From: Candidatus Latescibacterota bacterium
GTDB taxonomy: Bacteria > Latescibacterota > UBA2968 > UBA8231
Direction: 5' to 3'
NCBI GenBank assembly: GCA_963422735.1
Contig: OY730476.1
Span: 3,392,001-3,456,000, forward strand
Length of the DNA: 64,000 bases
The first letter of the stretch is position 1, and each line of letters begins with the position of its first letter. The notes beneath the pieces are model-generated. The model worked only from the letters and a program-made list of their open reading frames with translations. It ran no database searches and was not told the origin of the DNA. The position numbers and the translations under genes are program-made. This document shows positions 43,919-55,436 of the stretch, piece by piece.

Positions 43919-46900
43919 GCTCGCTGCGCCTTTGTCTCGCGCCGCAGCACTTCGGCGAGAATACGTCCGGTGTGCGATTGCCGGCTTTGGGCTACTTTTT
44001 CTGGCGGACCTGCGGCCACGAGCATCCCCCCTTGATCGCCCCCCTCTGGCCCTAGGTCAATGAGGTGATCCGCGGTCTTGATGACATCCATATTGTGCTC
44101 GATGACAACCATAGTGTTGCCAGCATCAACGAGGCGGTGAAGCACAGTGAGCAGGCATTCAATGTCGGCCAAGTGCAGGCCGGTGGTTGGCTCGTCGAGG
44201 ATGTAGAGGGTCTGCCCGGTGTCGGGGCGGCACAATTCGGCGGCCAGCTTGAGGCGCTGGGCCTCGCCGCCGGACAGGGTGGTAGAGGATTGTCCCAAGG
44301 ACATGTAGCCCAAGCCGACGTCTTCCATTATTTGCAGACGCTTGCGAATGCGGGGGATGTTCTCGCAGAGGACGAGCGCATCGCGCACCCGCATTTGCAG
44401 CACGTCGGCAATCGAGTGTCCCTTGAACTGCACCCGCAACACTTCGGGCGTGTAACGCTGGCCGCGGCAGTGGTCGCATTCGACCCAGACATCCGGCAAG
44501 AAGTGCATCTCAATGCAGCGTTGCCCCAGCCCCTCGCAGGTCTCGCAGCGGCCTCCGGGCTTGTTAAAACTGAAGCGGCCGGCTGCAAAACCGGCGACCT
44601 TGGCGTCCGGCAGGTCCGCGTAGAGCTGGCGCATCAGGTCGAAGACGCCCATTGCGGTGGCCGGTGTGGAGCGCGGGGAGTGGCCAATGGGGGCTTGGTC
44701 GATGTGGATGACCTTGTCGATGTGCTCAACCCCGTCAATTTGGTCATGCTCGCCAACCGGGCGGCTGGCCTTGTGCAGCTCGTTGGCGAGTGCGTTGAAG
44801 AGCACGCTTTCCACGAGCGAGGACTTGCCCGACCCCGAGACGCCGGTGACGCACACGAGGCGGCCGAGCGGGATCGGCACGTCGATGTTTTTGAGGTTGT
44901 GCTGGCGCGCCCCGCGCACTACGAGCTGCCCGTTGCGGCGCTTGCGGCGGCTGGCCGGGACTGGGATGTGCAATTCGCCGCGCAGGTACGCGCTGGTGAG
45001 CGACTGCCGGTCGTTGCCGAGCCGGCTTGGCACCCCGGCCGCGACGAGGTCGCCTCCTTCGCTGCCCGCGCCCGGGCCGAGATCGACGATGTGATCGGCT
45101 CCTTCGAGGGTATCGCGGTCGTGCTCGACTAATACGACGGTATTGCCCAAGTCCTTCAGGGACTTGAGGGCATCCAATAGCCGGGCGTTGTCGCGTGGAT
45201 GCAGGCCGATGGTCGGCTCGTCGAGCAGGTAGAGTACGCCGGTGAGGCCGGAGCCGATCTGGGAGGCGAGGCGGATGCGTTGGGCCTCGCCGCCGGATAG
45301 GGTCGCGGCGCGCCGCTCCAAGTCGATATAACCGAGGCCGACGCGTTCCAAAAAGCCGAGGCGTGTGCGGATTTCTTGCAACAGCTCGCCAGCGATGTCG
45401 CGCTCGCGCTCGTGGAGGTACAGGTCGCTGAAGAAAGACAAGCTCTCGGCGATGGGCAGGCGGGCGACTTGGACGATGCTCTTGTCGCGGAGGTACACGG
45501 CGCGGCTGTCGGTATGTAGGCGGCTGCCCTCGCATGTCGAGCACGGGACTTGGCACAAGAGATGCCGGTGTCGCTTGCTGGTGCTCGCGTATTCGTCGAG
45601 GGTTGGCAAGACGCCGGTGTAGCGGAAGCCGAGGTCGTCCACGGTCAATTGCTGCTCGGGTGCGCCGTAGAGCAGGGTGCGCCGGGCTTCGGGCGCGAGC
45701 GCGGCATATGGCGTGTCCAAGCTGAAGCCCAAGGCATTCCCCGCGGTGGAGAGGAGGCGGGCAAACTCCGGGTCTTGTACCGGCCCCCAAGCGCGGATGG
45801 CCCCCTCGCGCACACTCAGATGCGGCACTACGACCCGCTCGCGATCGATGCCTTGGCCCAGCCCCAACCCCTCACAGACTTGGCACATGCCTTGTTGGTG
45901 GTTGAAGGAGAAGCACTGTGGCGACAGGGGCGAGAAGGCCCGGCCGCACCCCGGGCAGGAGTAGCGGCGGCTGAAGCGTTCCTCGGTCTCGTCGTCGGGC
46001 GCGGCCACGATCAGCTCTCCTCCCCCTAGCTCTAGGGCGCGCTCGACGGATTCGGTGAGGCGGCCTCGGCCGTTGGCGCGGACAGCGAGGCGATCAACGA
46101 CGAGCTCGATGCGGTGGCGATGGCGGCGCTCTAGCTGGATTTTCTCGCGCAAATCGTGGACCGTGCCGTCGATACGGGCGCGGAGGAAGCCATCGCTGCG
46201 GGCGCGTGCCAACAGGGTTTCGTAGCCTTCGTTGTGGCGCGGCTCTATGGGGGCGAGGATGAGGATGCGGCGGCCGGTGGGCATCTGCTGGATGCGCTCG
46301 ACCATTTCCTGCGCGGTCTGCGTACCGGCCGGCACTTGGCAGCGCGGGCAGTGCTGGGTCCCCAAGGCCGCGTACAGGGCGCGGATGTAATCGTACACTT
46401 CGGTGACCGTGCCGACCGTGGAGCGGGGGTTGCGGCTGGGAGCTTTCTGCTCGATGGCAATGGCTGGCGACAGCCCGGAGACGCGCTCGACCTTGGGCTT
46501 TTGCATCTGTTCGAGAAACTGTCGCGCATACGCCGACAGCGACTCCACGTAGCGCCGCTGGCCCTCGGCGTACAAGGTATCAAAAGCCAGCGAAGATTTG
46601 CCCGAGCCGGAGACGCCGGAGATGACCGTTAGCTGGTCTCGGGGGATTTTGACGTCGATGTTGCGCAAATTGTGCTGGCGTGCGCCGAGGATCTCGATTT
46701 CCCGGATCCAGCCGTTGCCCTCGCGGTGGCCGTTGGTCGCCGCTGGCAGCGCGGCCCGCTGCGGTTTGAGTGCCTTTTTGAGCGCGCGGCCGGTGTGCGA
46801 ATGCTCGTTTTGGGCCACGGCTTCCGGCGGCCCGGCCGCAATAACCCAACCGCCGTCCTCGCCTCCTTCGGGGCCTAAGTCGAGGATGTAATCCGCAGTC

Positions 46901-49581
46901 TTGATGACCTCTGTGTTGTGCTCGACGACGATGACGCTGTTGCCTTGATCGGCAAAGGTGTGGAGGATGCGCAGCAGCTTATCCACGTCGGCAAAGTGCA
47001 GGCCGGTGGTCGGCTCGTCGAGGATGTAGAGGGTGCGGCCCGTGCTGCGGCGGCAGAGTTCTTTGGCCAGTTTGATGCGCTGGGCCTCGCCGCCGGATAG
47101 GGTGGGAGCGGGCTGGCCGAGCTTGATGTAGCCGAGGCCCACGTCGTACAGGGTCTGGAGTACGCGGCGCACGGGGGCCACGTGCTCAAAGAGGTCGAGT
47201 GCTTCTTCGACCTCCATTTCCAGCACGTCGGCGATCGAATGGCCCTTGTATTTGATGGTCTGGGTCTGGCGATTGAAGCGGCGGCCTGCACAGACTTCGC
47301 AGGTGACCCAGATATCGGCGAGGAATTCCATCTCCACCAAGTTCGCGCCGTTGCCCGCGCAGGCTTCGCAGCGCCCACCTTTGACGTTAAAGGAAAAGCG
47401 GCCCGGCTGGTAGCCGCGCAGGCGGGCCTCGGGCAGCTTGGCAAAGAGCTGGCGAACGGGCGTGAAAGCGTCGGTGTACGTGGCCGGGTTGGAACGGGGT
47501 GTGCGGCCGATGGGCTTCTGGTCGATGCGGATGACCTTGTCGAGGTGTTCAACGCCCTCGATAGCCGCGTGTGCGCCTGGCTCGTGCAGGGCGCGGTGTA
47601 GGACGCAGTCGAGCTGTTTGAAGACGATGTCGTTGATCAGCGAGCTTTTGCCCGAGCCGGAGACGCCGGTGACGCAGGTGAACAGCCCGAGGGGAATGCG
47701 CACCTCGATGTCTTTGAGGTTGTGCTGGCGTGCCCCTTCGACGACCAGCCACTTGCCGTTGCCGCGACGGCGCTGGCTGGGGACCGGGATAGCTTCCTCG
47801 CCCGCGAGATAGCGGCCCGTGAGGGATTGGGGGCTGTGTTCTACGTGACTCGGCGAGCCAAAGGCGACTAGCTCGCCGCCGCGCTCGCCCGCCCCGGGAC
47901 CAAAGTCCACGACTACATCGGCCTCGCGCATGGTCTCTTCGTCGTGCTCGACGACGATGACTGTGTTGCCGATATCGCGCAGGCGTTTGAGGGTGGCCAA
48001 CAGCCGCTGGTTGTCGCGGTGGTGCAGACCAATGGAAGGTTCGTCGAGGATGTATAGTACGCCGACTAAACCGGAGCCGATCTGGGAGGCGAGGCGGATG
48101 CGCTGGGCCTCGCCGCCGGACAGGGTATGCGCGCCGCGGTCGAGGGTTAGATAGCCCAAGCCCATGTCGCACATAAGCTGCAAGCGGCCGCGGATTTCTT
48201 TGAGCGCCTCTTCGGCGATGAGGGCGTTGGCGTCCTCAAAGGCAACGGCGCGAAAGAAGTTGCGCGCTTCTTCGATGGCAATGGCGGTTAGTTGCGGGAG
48301 GTTGCGCCCGTCGATTTTGACGGCGAGGGACTCTGGCCGCAGGCGGCCGCCGTCGCACCGCGCACAGTGCTGCACACCCATGTATTGCTCTAATTCGCGG
48401 CGCTGTTTCTCCTTGGCACCGCGAAATTTTTCTTCGAGAAACGGGATGACGCCTTCGTATTTGTCGTTGTGCGACCAACTCGAGCTACGGAGGTTGGTGT
48501 ATGTGAAGGTGATTTTTTCGTCGCCGAGGCCGTAGAGGAAGCCGCGCTTCTGCTCGGCTGCGAGCGTTCCCCACGGCGTGTCGAGATCAAAGCCGAGGTG
48601 CTCGGCCGCGCCTTCGTATAAATGCAGACGCCAGCGGTTGCTACCCATCTCACCGAGCGGCGCGAGTGCTCCGGTGCGCAGGGTTTTGGACGGGTCGGGC
48701 ACCATCAGGTGCTCGCTCATCAGCACTTGCGTGCCGAGGCCGTGGCAGTCTGGGCACATGCCTTGGGGGTTGTTGAAGGAAAACATCTGCGGCGTTGGCT
48801 CCTGATAGGAGATGCCGCAGGCCGTGCAGTCGAAGCGATCGCTGAGCAGGAAGTCGTCGGCTCCTTCGCGGGCCACGATGAAGGTCCCCTGCCCGAGGCG
48901 CAGCGCATTGTCAATGGCTTCTTCCAAACGGCGGTCTTCCCGCTCGTGGAGAATTAAGCGATCGACCACGACTTCGATGCTGTGGCGGCTGTAGCGATCG
49001 AGCTGGGGGGCGTGGTCGAGGGTAAAAATTTGGCCATCAACGCGTACGCGGATGTAGCCGGCCTTTTGCAAGTCGGCAAAAAGCTCTTGGTATTCGCCTT
49101 TGCGCTCTTGGACGACTGGGGCGAGGATGTGCAGGCGCGAGTTGACAGGCAGGGCGCGGATGCGTGCGGCGATCTGCGTGCGGCTCTGCGCGCCGATAGG
49201 CTCGCCGCACTCGGTGCAGTGCGGGATGCCGACACGGGCGAAGAGCACGCGCAAATAGTCGTAGATTTCTGTGATGGTGCCGACGGTGGAGCGGGGGCTT
49301 TGGCCGGCGGTTTTCTGGGCGATGGATATGGTGGGGGATAGGCCCGTGATCTGATCGACGTCGGGTTTTTCCATCTGGCCCAAAAACTGGCGCGCATACG
49401 CCGACAGCGAAGTGACGTAGCGGCGCTGCCCTTCGGCGTACAGGGTATCGAAGGCCAGCGAGGACTTGCCCGAGCCGGAGACGCCAGTGAAGCAGATCAG
49501 TTTGTTTTTGGGCAGTGTGAGGTGGACGTTTTTGAGGTTGTGGACGCGGGCACCGCGGACGACGATAGCTTGTGTTTCCAT
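43915..49581 (-). CDS. uvrA: excinuclease ABC subunit A, tandem double-length form (1888 aa)
   Basis: Two complete UvrA units, four GVSGSGKSS Walker A and four LSGGEAQR signatures. Confidence 0.96.
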   Translation of the reverse strand: METQAIVVRGARVHNLKNVHLTLPKNKLICFTGVSGSGKSSLAFDTLYAEGQRRYVTSLSAYARQFLGQMEKPDVDQITGLSPTISIAQKTAGQSPRSTVGTITEIYDYLRVLFARVGIPHCTECGEPIGAQSRTQIAARIRALPVNSRLHILAPVVQERKGEYQELFADLQKAGYIRVRVDGQIFTLDHAPQLDRYSRHSIEVVVDRLILHEREDRRLEEAIDNALRLGQGTFIVAREGADDFLLSDRFDCTACGISYQEPTPQMFSFNNPQGMCPDCHGLGTQVLMSEHLMVPDPSKTLRTGALAPLGEMGSNRWRLHLYEGAAEHLGFDLDTPWGTLAAEQKRGFLYGLGDEKITFTYTNLRSSSWSHNDKYEGVIPFLEEKFRGAKEKQRRELEQYMGVQHCARCDGGRLRPESLAVKIDGRNLPQLTAIAIEEARNFFRAVAFEDANALIAEEALKEIRGRLQLMCDMGLGYLTLDRGAHTLSGGEAQRIRLASQIGSGLVGVLYILDEPSIGLHHRDNQRLLATLKRLRDIGNTVIVVEHDEETMREADVVVDFGPGAGERGGELVAFGSPSHVEHSPQSLTGRYLAGEEAIPVPSQRRRGNGKWLVVEGARQHNLKDIEVRIPLGLFTCVTGVSGSGKSSLINDIVFKQLDCVLHRALHEPGAHAAIEGVEHLDKVIRIDQKPIGRTPRSNPATYTDAFTPVRQLFAKLPEARLRGYQPGRFSFNVKGGRCEACAGNGANLVEMEFLADIWVTCEVCAGRRFNRQTQTIKYKGHSIADVLEMEVEEALDLFEHVAPVRRVLQTLYDVGLGYIKLGQPAPTLSGGEAQRIKLAKELCRRSTGRTLYILDEPTTGLHFADVDKLLRILHTFADQGNSVIVVEHNTEVIKTADYILDLGPEGGEDGGWVIAAGPPEAVAQNEHSHTGRALKKALKPQRAALPAATNGHREGNGWIREIEILGARQHNLRNIDVKIPRDQLTVISGVSGSGKSSLAFDTLYAEGQRRYVESLSAYARQFLEQMQKPKVERVSGLSPAIAIEQKAPSRNPRSTVGTVTEVYDYIRALYAALGTQHCPRCQVPAGTQTAQEMVERIQQMPTGRRILILAPIEPRHNEGYETLLARARSDGFLRARIDGTVHDLREKIQLERRHRHRIELVVDRLAVRANGRGRLTESVERALELGGGELIVAAPDDETEERFSRRYSCPGCGRAFSPLSPQCFSFNHQQGMCQVCEGLGLGQGIDRERVVVPHLSVREGAIRAWGPVQDPEFARLLSTAGNALGFSLDTPYAALAPEARRTLLYGAPEQQLTVDDLGFRYTGVLPTLDEYASTSKRHRHLLCQVPCSTCEGSRLHTDSRAVYLRDKSIVQVARLPIAESLSFFSDLYLHERERDIAGELLQEIRTRLGFLERVGLGYIDLERRAATLSGGEAQRIRLASQIGSGLTGVLYLLDEPTIGLHPRDNARLLDALKSLKDLGNTVVLVEHDRDTLEGADHIVDLGPGAGSEGGDLVAAGVPSRLGNDRQSLTSAYLRGELHIPVPASRRKRRNGQLVVRGARQHNLKNIDVPIPLGRLVCVTGVSGSGKSSLVESVLFNALANELHKASRPVGEHDQIDGVEHIDKVIHIDQAPIGHSPRSTPATAMGVFDLMRQLYADLPDAKVAGFAAGRFSFNKPGGRCETCEGLGQRCIEMHFLPDVWVECDHCRGQRYTPEVLRVQFKGHSIADVLQMRVRDALVLCENIPRIRKRLQIMEDVGLGYMSLGQSSTTLSGGEAQRLKLAAELCRPDTGQTLYILDEPTTGLHLADIECLLTVLHRLVDAGNTMVVIEHNMDVIKTADHLIDLGPEGGDQGGMLVAAGPPEKVAQSRQSHTGRILAEVLRRETKAQRA

Positions 49582-49779
49582 GACTTCGTGTTTCGCAAAG
49601 GGAGAGAAGCGAAAACAAAAAATATACTATACGGATGTGCAGCGGGCAAGCGGCGGAGTGCGGAATGGTGCGAAGGGGTTTTAGCAATGCGTTGAGGGAT
49701 CAGGGTGCCGCTTGTGAATTTCCACCCGCAAGGCGGTAATGGACCGCTAAACATCTTCAAACATTCCCCGCGCGGTCGC

Positions 49780-49808
49780 TTGACGCCCCCATTTCGTCTG
49801 TGTATAAT
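49780..49808 (+). promoter_or_regulatory. near-consensus sigma70 promoter
   Basis: TTGACG-17-TATAAT. Confidence 0.75.
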
Positions 49809-49865
49809 GACCGCTCGGTAATCCAGTAAAATCAATTGCTTATCACCCAAGAGGAGTTGCTAATA

Positions 49866-50666
49866 ATGATTCAATTAGGAGCCAATTCGGTGCTTTTTGC
49901 AGGATTCGATCTAGAAACGGCGATGCGCCATATTCACCTCGCCGGTTACGACAGCGTCGAGTTGGCGGCGATCAAGGGCATGTGCGAACACTTGGAGTTG
50001 GACAACTGGAAGGCGCAGGCCAACCAAATCAAAGAGCTAGCGGAGAAATACGAGCTAAAATTACTGGCCATGGAAGAGGCCGCACTTGACGAAGAGCGCC
50101 TGATGCTCGCCTTTGCGGCCGGTGCTGAGATCGGTATTCCCGTCGTTAACGTCGGCCCGGGGGGCAAAAGCGATGTAGAGGACGATTTCGACCGGCAGGT
50201 CGCGCTGTTGGCCAAAATGGCCGATAGGGCGCACGAACACGGGGTGACGCTGTGTGCCAAGGCGCACGTGGGACAGTGCATATACGATACGCCGACCACG
50301 TTGCGGGCGATGGAGCGGATCGACTCGCCGGGGTTTGGGGTGGATATGGATCCGAGCCACATCCATCGGGCGGGGGAGAATACGGTAGAGGCCCTGTCGG
50401 CGGTCATCTCGCGGGTAAAGCACGTGCATATCCGGGATTGCGCTGTGGCAGAAGGCGGGCCGGGCGCGCCGGAGTTGCAGGCGTGTGGGCGGGGCAACAT
50501 CGATTTGTTCGGGTACGTCAAGGTGCTGCACGAATCTGGGCTGGATGTGGCGGCCAACTTGGAAGTGATTGGTGCCAAGGAGTATGACTTGGGGCAGGTG
50601 GCGACGATTGCGGCAGAGAGCCGAGGGTATTTGAACGCCTGTTTGCGGGCTTGCGGTGCCCGTTAG
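49866..50666 (+). CDS. sugar phosphate isomerase/epimerase (xylose isomerase-like TIM barrel)
   Basis: GYDSVEL, DMDPSH, HVHIRD, GRGNID. Confidence 0.85.
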   Translation: MIQLGANSVLFAGFDLETAMRHIHLAGYDSVELAAIKGMCEHLELDNWKAQANQIKELAEKYELKLLAMEEAALDEERLMLAFAAGAEIGIPVVNVGPGGKSDVEDDFDRQVALLAKMADRAHEHGVTLCAKAHVGQCIYDTPTTLRAMERIDSPGFGVDMDPSHIHRAGENTVEALSAVISRVKHVHIRDCAVAEGGPGAPELQACGRGNIDLFGYVKVLHESGLDVAANLEVIGAKEYDLGQVATIAAESRGYLNACLRACGAR

Positions 50667-51216
50667 TCGAGCCTTCGTCGCCATCCGGGTGCCGCCGGTG
50701 CTAGGAAAGCTGAGCGACGCGATGCGCCTGTTGTGGCCGGCGCAGGGTGTGAGTTGGGTGCCGCCGGAAAACCTCCATCTGACGCTGCGCTTTCTCGGCG
50801 CGGCAGAGGACGCACAAATCGCCGCGCTGAGACAGGGGCTGGCGGTGGTTGCCGCCCGGCACGAGGGGTTTGTTGCGGCTGTAGGGCAAAGCGGCTGCTT
50901 CCCCAATCGCCGCCAGCCAAAGGTTATTTGGGCTAGAGTGGCGGATGCAGACGGGCGGTTGGGTGCTTTGCAACGGGATGTTGAAGAAGTGGTGTGCGCG
51001 GCTGGTTGGGTGCCAGAAGAACGGGCCTTCCGCTCGCACGTGACGCTGGGTCGGGTGCGAACGGGGGTGCGTCCTCCAAGGAGCAAGTGGAGCGGCAACC
51101 TGCCGCAGTTGCAAGTTCCGGTGGAGGTGGTGGAGCTGATCGAAAGCATTCTCAAGCCGGCCGGAGCCGAGTATCGGACCCTGCACCGAGCGATGCTTAC
51201 AAAAGATAGTGGTTAG
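50656..51216 (+). CDS. thpR: RNA 2',3'-cyclic phosphodiesterase (2H family)
   Basis: RAFVAI, NLHLTLRFLG, HVTLGR. Confidence 0.9.
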   Translation: MPVSRAFVAIRVPPVLGKLSDAMRLLWPAQGVSWVPPENLHLTLRFLGAAEDAQIAALRQGLAVVAARHEGFVAAVGQSGCFPNRRQPKVIWARVADADGRLGALQRDVEEVVCAAGWVPEERAFRSHVTLGRVRTGVRPPRSKWSGNLPQLQVPVEVVELIESILKPAGAEYRTLHRAMLTKDSG

Positions 51217-51311
51217 TGATCAGTGATCAGTGGCCAGTCCCGGCCCGGCCTTGCCCCAAAGGGAGCGGGGACGGGGGACTGATCACTAAACACTGTTCAC
51301 TGTTCACTGAT
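51207..51311. repeat. inverted array of 7-bp tandem repeats
   Basis: (CAGTGAT/TAGTGGT)n on the left, (CACTGTT/CACTGAT)n on the right; a related (TAGTGGT)n run is at 53201-53230. Confidence 0.8.
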
Positions 51312-51324
51312 TTAAAGGAATTCC

Positions 51325-52086
51325 ATGACCGGCAGACCCTACATCCTCGCCGAGACCAATTGGCAGACCGTGGCGCAAACCCCTTACGAGGTGGCGGTCC
51401 TCCCGTGGGGGGCGACTGAAGCCCACAATTACCACCTGCCCTATTCGACCGATATAGTGCAGTGCGATGAAATCGTCGCGGCCGCGGCTCGCATCGCTTG
51501 GGAGCAAGACGCCAAGGTCATCGTCTTGCCGACAGTGCCCTTTGGAGTCAACACCGGCCAGCTCGACATCAAGCTGGATCTCAATCTCAATCCCTCGACC
51601 CAATTCGCCGTCCTGCAAGACTTGGTCGAGGTACTCGCCCATCAGGGCATTCCCAAACTGCTCATTGTAAACGGCCACGGCGGCAACGACTTCAAGCAGA
51701 TGGTGCGGGAGCTTTTGCCACGCTCCGCGATGTTTATTTGCTGCATGGATTGGTACCGCATCGCCGATAAGGAGCTTTTCGCGGCTGGCGGCGACCACGC
51801 CAACGAAATGGAAACCAGCCTCATGCAGCACTTGCGGCCGGATTGGGTCTTGCCCCTGTCGGAGGCTGGCTGCGGCCGCGAGCACAAGTTTAAGATCACC
51901 GCACTGCGGGAAGGCTGGGTCTGGACCCAGCGCGATTGGACGCAGGCGACCGACGACACGGGCATCGGCGACCCGCGCCAAGCCACCCCGGAAAAGGGCC
52001 GCCGCTGCTTGGAGCAAGTGGCAGCCCAACTCGCCGGATTTTTGGTCGAATTGGCCGCCGCCGACCTAGGCGGTCTTTATGAGTAG
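51325..52086 (+). CDS. creatininase family amidohydrolase
   Basis: LPWGATEAHNYHLP..TD, NGHGGN, DHANEMETS. Confidence 0.92.
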   Translation: MTGRPYILAETNWQTVAQTPYEVAVLPWGATEAHNYHLPYSTDIVQCDEIVAAAARIAWEQDAKVIVLPTVPFGVNTGQLDIKLDLNLNPSTQFAVLQDLVEVLAHQGIPKLLIVNGHGGNDFKQMVRELLPRSAMFICCMDWYRIADKELFAAGGDHANEMETSLMQHLRPDWVLPLSEAGCGREHKFKITALREGWVWTQRDWTQATDDTGIGDPRQATPEKGRRCLEQVAAQLAGFLVELAAADLGGLYE

Positions 52087-53149
52087 GGCCGTGCAGTTCT
52101 ACGCGTTCGTCGCCCCCGGGCTAGAGGAGATCGCCCAACGAGAAATCGCGGCGCGTTTGGGGGCCGAGCGACAGAGCCAGCAGCGCGGCGTGGTGTTCTT
52201 TGCGACGGACGCTCCGCCGCAAGCCTTGCTCGGATTGGGGACGACCGAGGATGTGTTCGCGTTGGTGGCGTGCGGCCCAGTGGCTGCGGCGCGGGAGGGC
52301 TTGACAGAGGCTGGCGCACTCGTCGCGGAGTCGCCGCTTTTTGAAGAGGCCGTGGGCGCGCATCGCCGCGCTCGCCCTAAGCGGATCAAGCGCATCACCT
52401 ACCGGATCGTGGCCCAGCGTCGCGGCGGGCAGCAGCGCTATGTGCGCCAAGAGATGCGCCGCGCTTTGCAGCGGGCCATCGCTTGGCGTTTCCCGCGCTG
52501 GAAGCACGTGGCCGAGCAAGCGCTGTTGGAGGTGTGGGGTTTGGAGACTGCGGGCCAGTTGCTCTGCGGGGTGCGGCTTTCCGACGAGACCATGCGCCAC
52601 CGCACCTATAAGGTGGCGCAAGTGGAGGCTTCGTTGCGGCCGACGGTGGCGCGGGCCTTAGTGATGCTATCTGAGCCAGCAGACGGCGACGTCTTTCTCG
52701 ACCCCATGTGCGGGGCTGGGACCATTCTCATTGAGCGGGGGCTGTACGGTCGCTACGCTCAGCTCCTAGGCTGCGACATTCGCCCGGCCGCTGTGGCTGC
52801 TGCCCGCACGAATATCGGCCCGCGTTACAAGCCGATCGCCATCCGCGAATGGGATGCGCGGGATTTGCCTTTGGACGAGGGCAGCGTAGATCGGGTGGTG
52901 TGCAATCTGCCCTTTGGCAAAAAGATCGGCGAGCCGCAAGTGCTGCGTGCGCTCTACGAGGGCTTTGCCGGCGAGGTGGCAAGGGTGCTAAGAGCTGGTG
53001 GAGTGGCCGTGTGCCTGACCAGCGAGCGCACCCTGCTGGCCGAAGCATTCGGCGCATGGCCCGCGCTGTACATGGAGCGCGTGTGCCCGGTCGAAGTGCT
53101 GGGACAGCAGGCATTTTGTTGTAAATTGAAGAAGCGCGCTGAATGTTAG
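52079..53149 (+). CDS. THUMP-domain RNA guanine-N2 methyltransferase (UPF0020)
   Basis: PGLEEIA..E, ASLRPTVA, LDPMCGAGT, NLPFG. Confidence 0.85.
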   Translation: MSRAVQFYAFVAPGLEEIAQREIAARLGAERQSQQRGVVFFATDAPPQALLGLGTTEDVFALVACGPVAAAREGLTEAGALVAESPLFEEAVGAHRRARPKRIKRITYRIVAQRRGGQQRYVRQEMRRALQRAIAWRFPRWKHVAEQALLEVWGLETAGQLLCGVRLSDETMRHRTYKVAQVEASLRPTVARALVMLSEPADGDVFLDPMCGAGTILIERGLYGRYAQLLGCDIRPAAVAAARTNIGPRYKPIAIREWDARDLPLDEGSVDRVVCNLPFGKKIGEPQVLRALYEGFAGEVARVLRAGGVAVCLTSERTLLAEAFGAWPALYMERVCPVEVLGQQAFCCKLKKRAEC

Positions 53150-53397
53150 ATCGGCGAATGAGGCATCACATTACGGACTTTCCTAAATAAGGACTGTTTA
53201 ATCAGTGGTTAGTGGTTAGTGGTTAGTGGTCCGTTCCATCCGCCCCCTTGGCGACGGGCCCCGGAACATTGACGCGGGGGACCGCGCTGGTCCGGACGAG
53301 GGCTACGGGCCAGCCGAGTGATACCACCTACATGAAACCGGAATCCCCAACCGTACACTAGGAAATTCCGTCACATTACAAACACAAGGAGCTTGTC

Positions 53398-54186
53398 ATG
53401 GCTGATTTTACGGGCCAAGTAGTTATCGTAACCGGCGGTGCCAAGGGCATTGGCGCGGGGATTTCGCGGGCGTTCGCCGGCCAAGGAGCGCAGGTTGCAG
53501 CGTTGGACATAGACGCGGAGGCTGGCGTAGCCTTGGCCGAGGAAGAGAGCCAGATCCGCTTTTTTGAGGCCAACGTGGCCAGCGACGAGGTTTGCGCCCA
53601 GACTGTGGGACAGATCATCGACGATTGGGGCCGCATCGACGTGTTGTGCAACAACGTCGGCATCCAGCCCGTGCCCAGCTATCTGCCGGCCCACGAGCTG
53701 CCGGTGGAGATGTGGGACCGGATCATTGACGTCAACCTGAAGAGCTTCTTCCTGATGGCTAGGCACTGCCTGCCGCAGATGATGGAACAGCGCAAGGGGG
53801 TCATCATCAACACGGCCAGCGTCCAGGGCTTGCAGTCGGCTTCGATGGTTTCGGCCTATGCCGCCAGCAAGGGCGGGATTATCTCCTTGACGCGGCAACT
53901 CGCGCTCGACTACGCCCAGTACGGGATCCGGGTCTTAGCGGTCAACCCAGGGGGCATCCAGACGCCGCTAGTCGATGAGGTTATCGAGGCATTCGGCCAT
54001 GAGCGCGAACAATTCTTCAAGGGGTACGCCAAGATCCATCCGATCGGCCGCTATGGCCAGCCCGAAGACATCGCCAACGCCATGTTGTTCTTAGCCAGTG
54101 ACAAGGCATCGTTTATGACTGGCGAGAACGTCTGCGTCGATGGCGGGCTGATGGCTAAGGGGGCGTGGGCTGAGGTCGAGGAGTGA
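53398..54186 (+). CDS. SDR family oxidoreductase
   Basis: TGGAKGIG, NNVG, YAASK, PG. Confidence 0.93.
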   Translation: MADFTGQVVIVTGGAKGIGAGISRAFAGQGAQVAALDIDAEAGVALAEEESQIRFFEANVASDEVCAQTVGQIIDDWGRIDVLCNNVGIQPVPSYLPAHELPVEMWDRIIDVNLKSFFLMARHCLPQMMEQRKGVIINTASVQGLQSASMVSAYAASKGGIISLTRQLALDYAQYGIRVLAVNPGGIQTPLVDEVIEAFGHEREQFFKGYAKIHPIGRYGQPEDIANAMLFLASDKASFMTGENVCVDGGLMAKGAWAEVEE

Positions 54187-54435
54187 GAGAGCCGGGTTTG
54201 TCGCGTGAGTAGTTCAGCGAAGAAGAATATATCTATAGGCCCGGCCAATTGTTCGCCCATTACTTCCTGACCGACGGCATAAAGGCCACGGCTGAGTGGC
54301 AAGCGTCTCTCGCTCAGTCCGAGGCGTTTGTCGCGTTTAGGGACGGCATTGCCCGGTGCTGTGACGCTGATTGACCCCTTCCTACTTTCCCTGAAACATC
54401 GCGTATATTCGAAGCGTAATAAAACTACAGGATTA

Positions 54436-55065
54436 ATGGATGGAATCATGGAGGTTATTGTGCATAATGCTTATGACCTCAAATATCTGTCTTCAAGGGA
54501 TATAAACTATAATCCTGCGCTCTCAAAAGATTGGATCAGGCTCCTAAAGGCCAATGGAACGATTTATGTCTTTGTGGGATTCCGGTTTATTTCCTCTCTT
54601 TACGATGTCCTAGATAGTTCGGAATGTTCTTCAATAGCTGGATTGTGCGGCATTATACGCAAGAGACAGGTAAAAAGAGAGGCTTCTATCCTCGCCACGA
54701 CGATATTCTAATGTTCACAAAAAAAGAATTTATTTTTAATTTGGATGATATTCGCGTACCCCAAAAATATTACCGTGAATGTAACAACATGCGAGGGGCA
54801 AATCTAGGCGACGTTTGGGAATTTTCTCACGTTCACTACTGTAATGAGAATAGACAGAATCACCCAACTCAAAAACTGGAAGGGCTAATGGGGCTAATGA
54901 TATTAACTTCAAGCAATGAAGGATCGCTAGTTCTAGACCCATTCTTGAGGTAGTGGAACGACACTCAGGGTATGTCAACAACTCAATCGAGTCGGTGTCG
55001 GAATTGAATTGAACCCTGACTACGTAAAATGTCGAAAGAACGCTTGCAGAAAGAAAATGTGATTA
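54436..55065 (+). pseudogene. degraded beta-class N4/N6 DNA methyltransferase
   Basis: RLLKANGTIYVF, DVWEF, HPTQK, VLDPF/GSGTT, GIELNPDY split by frameshifts; AT-rich. Confidence 0.85.
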
Positions 55066-55436
55066 ACGACTAATATACCTAGTGCGGCCTCTTTTTCCGC
55101 ATCGGCTTCGACTGCAATGGGATATACTAGCGGCAGGTTGTTCGTGGCGGCGGCTGGCAACGCCTCGTTCAAGCTCATCAGAGCCGTCAAGATCAAACAA
55201 ATCTTCTTCGTTCCCATGTGATAGGTCTTTCTTCTTGGAAGAGGGGAAATCCATTCCATCGGCGAGGGGCTGGAAGTCCATGGGGATACTCGTTGTTGTC
55301 TCCAGCAGGGCCGCATCCTTTTGTGGACGAAGGCTTCGGGGCCTGTCCGCAAAAGGATGCTTGGCTAGCGGCGCGGTTCGTCTGCGCCGCCAGCTTCTTC
55401 ACGGGCTACCCGCGGCCAAGACTCGGCCTGCTTGGT

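Noticed and set aside
44065-48957. Many long ORFs overlapping uvrA
   Set aside because: GC-rich shadow frames of a clearly conserved gene.
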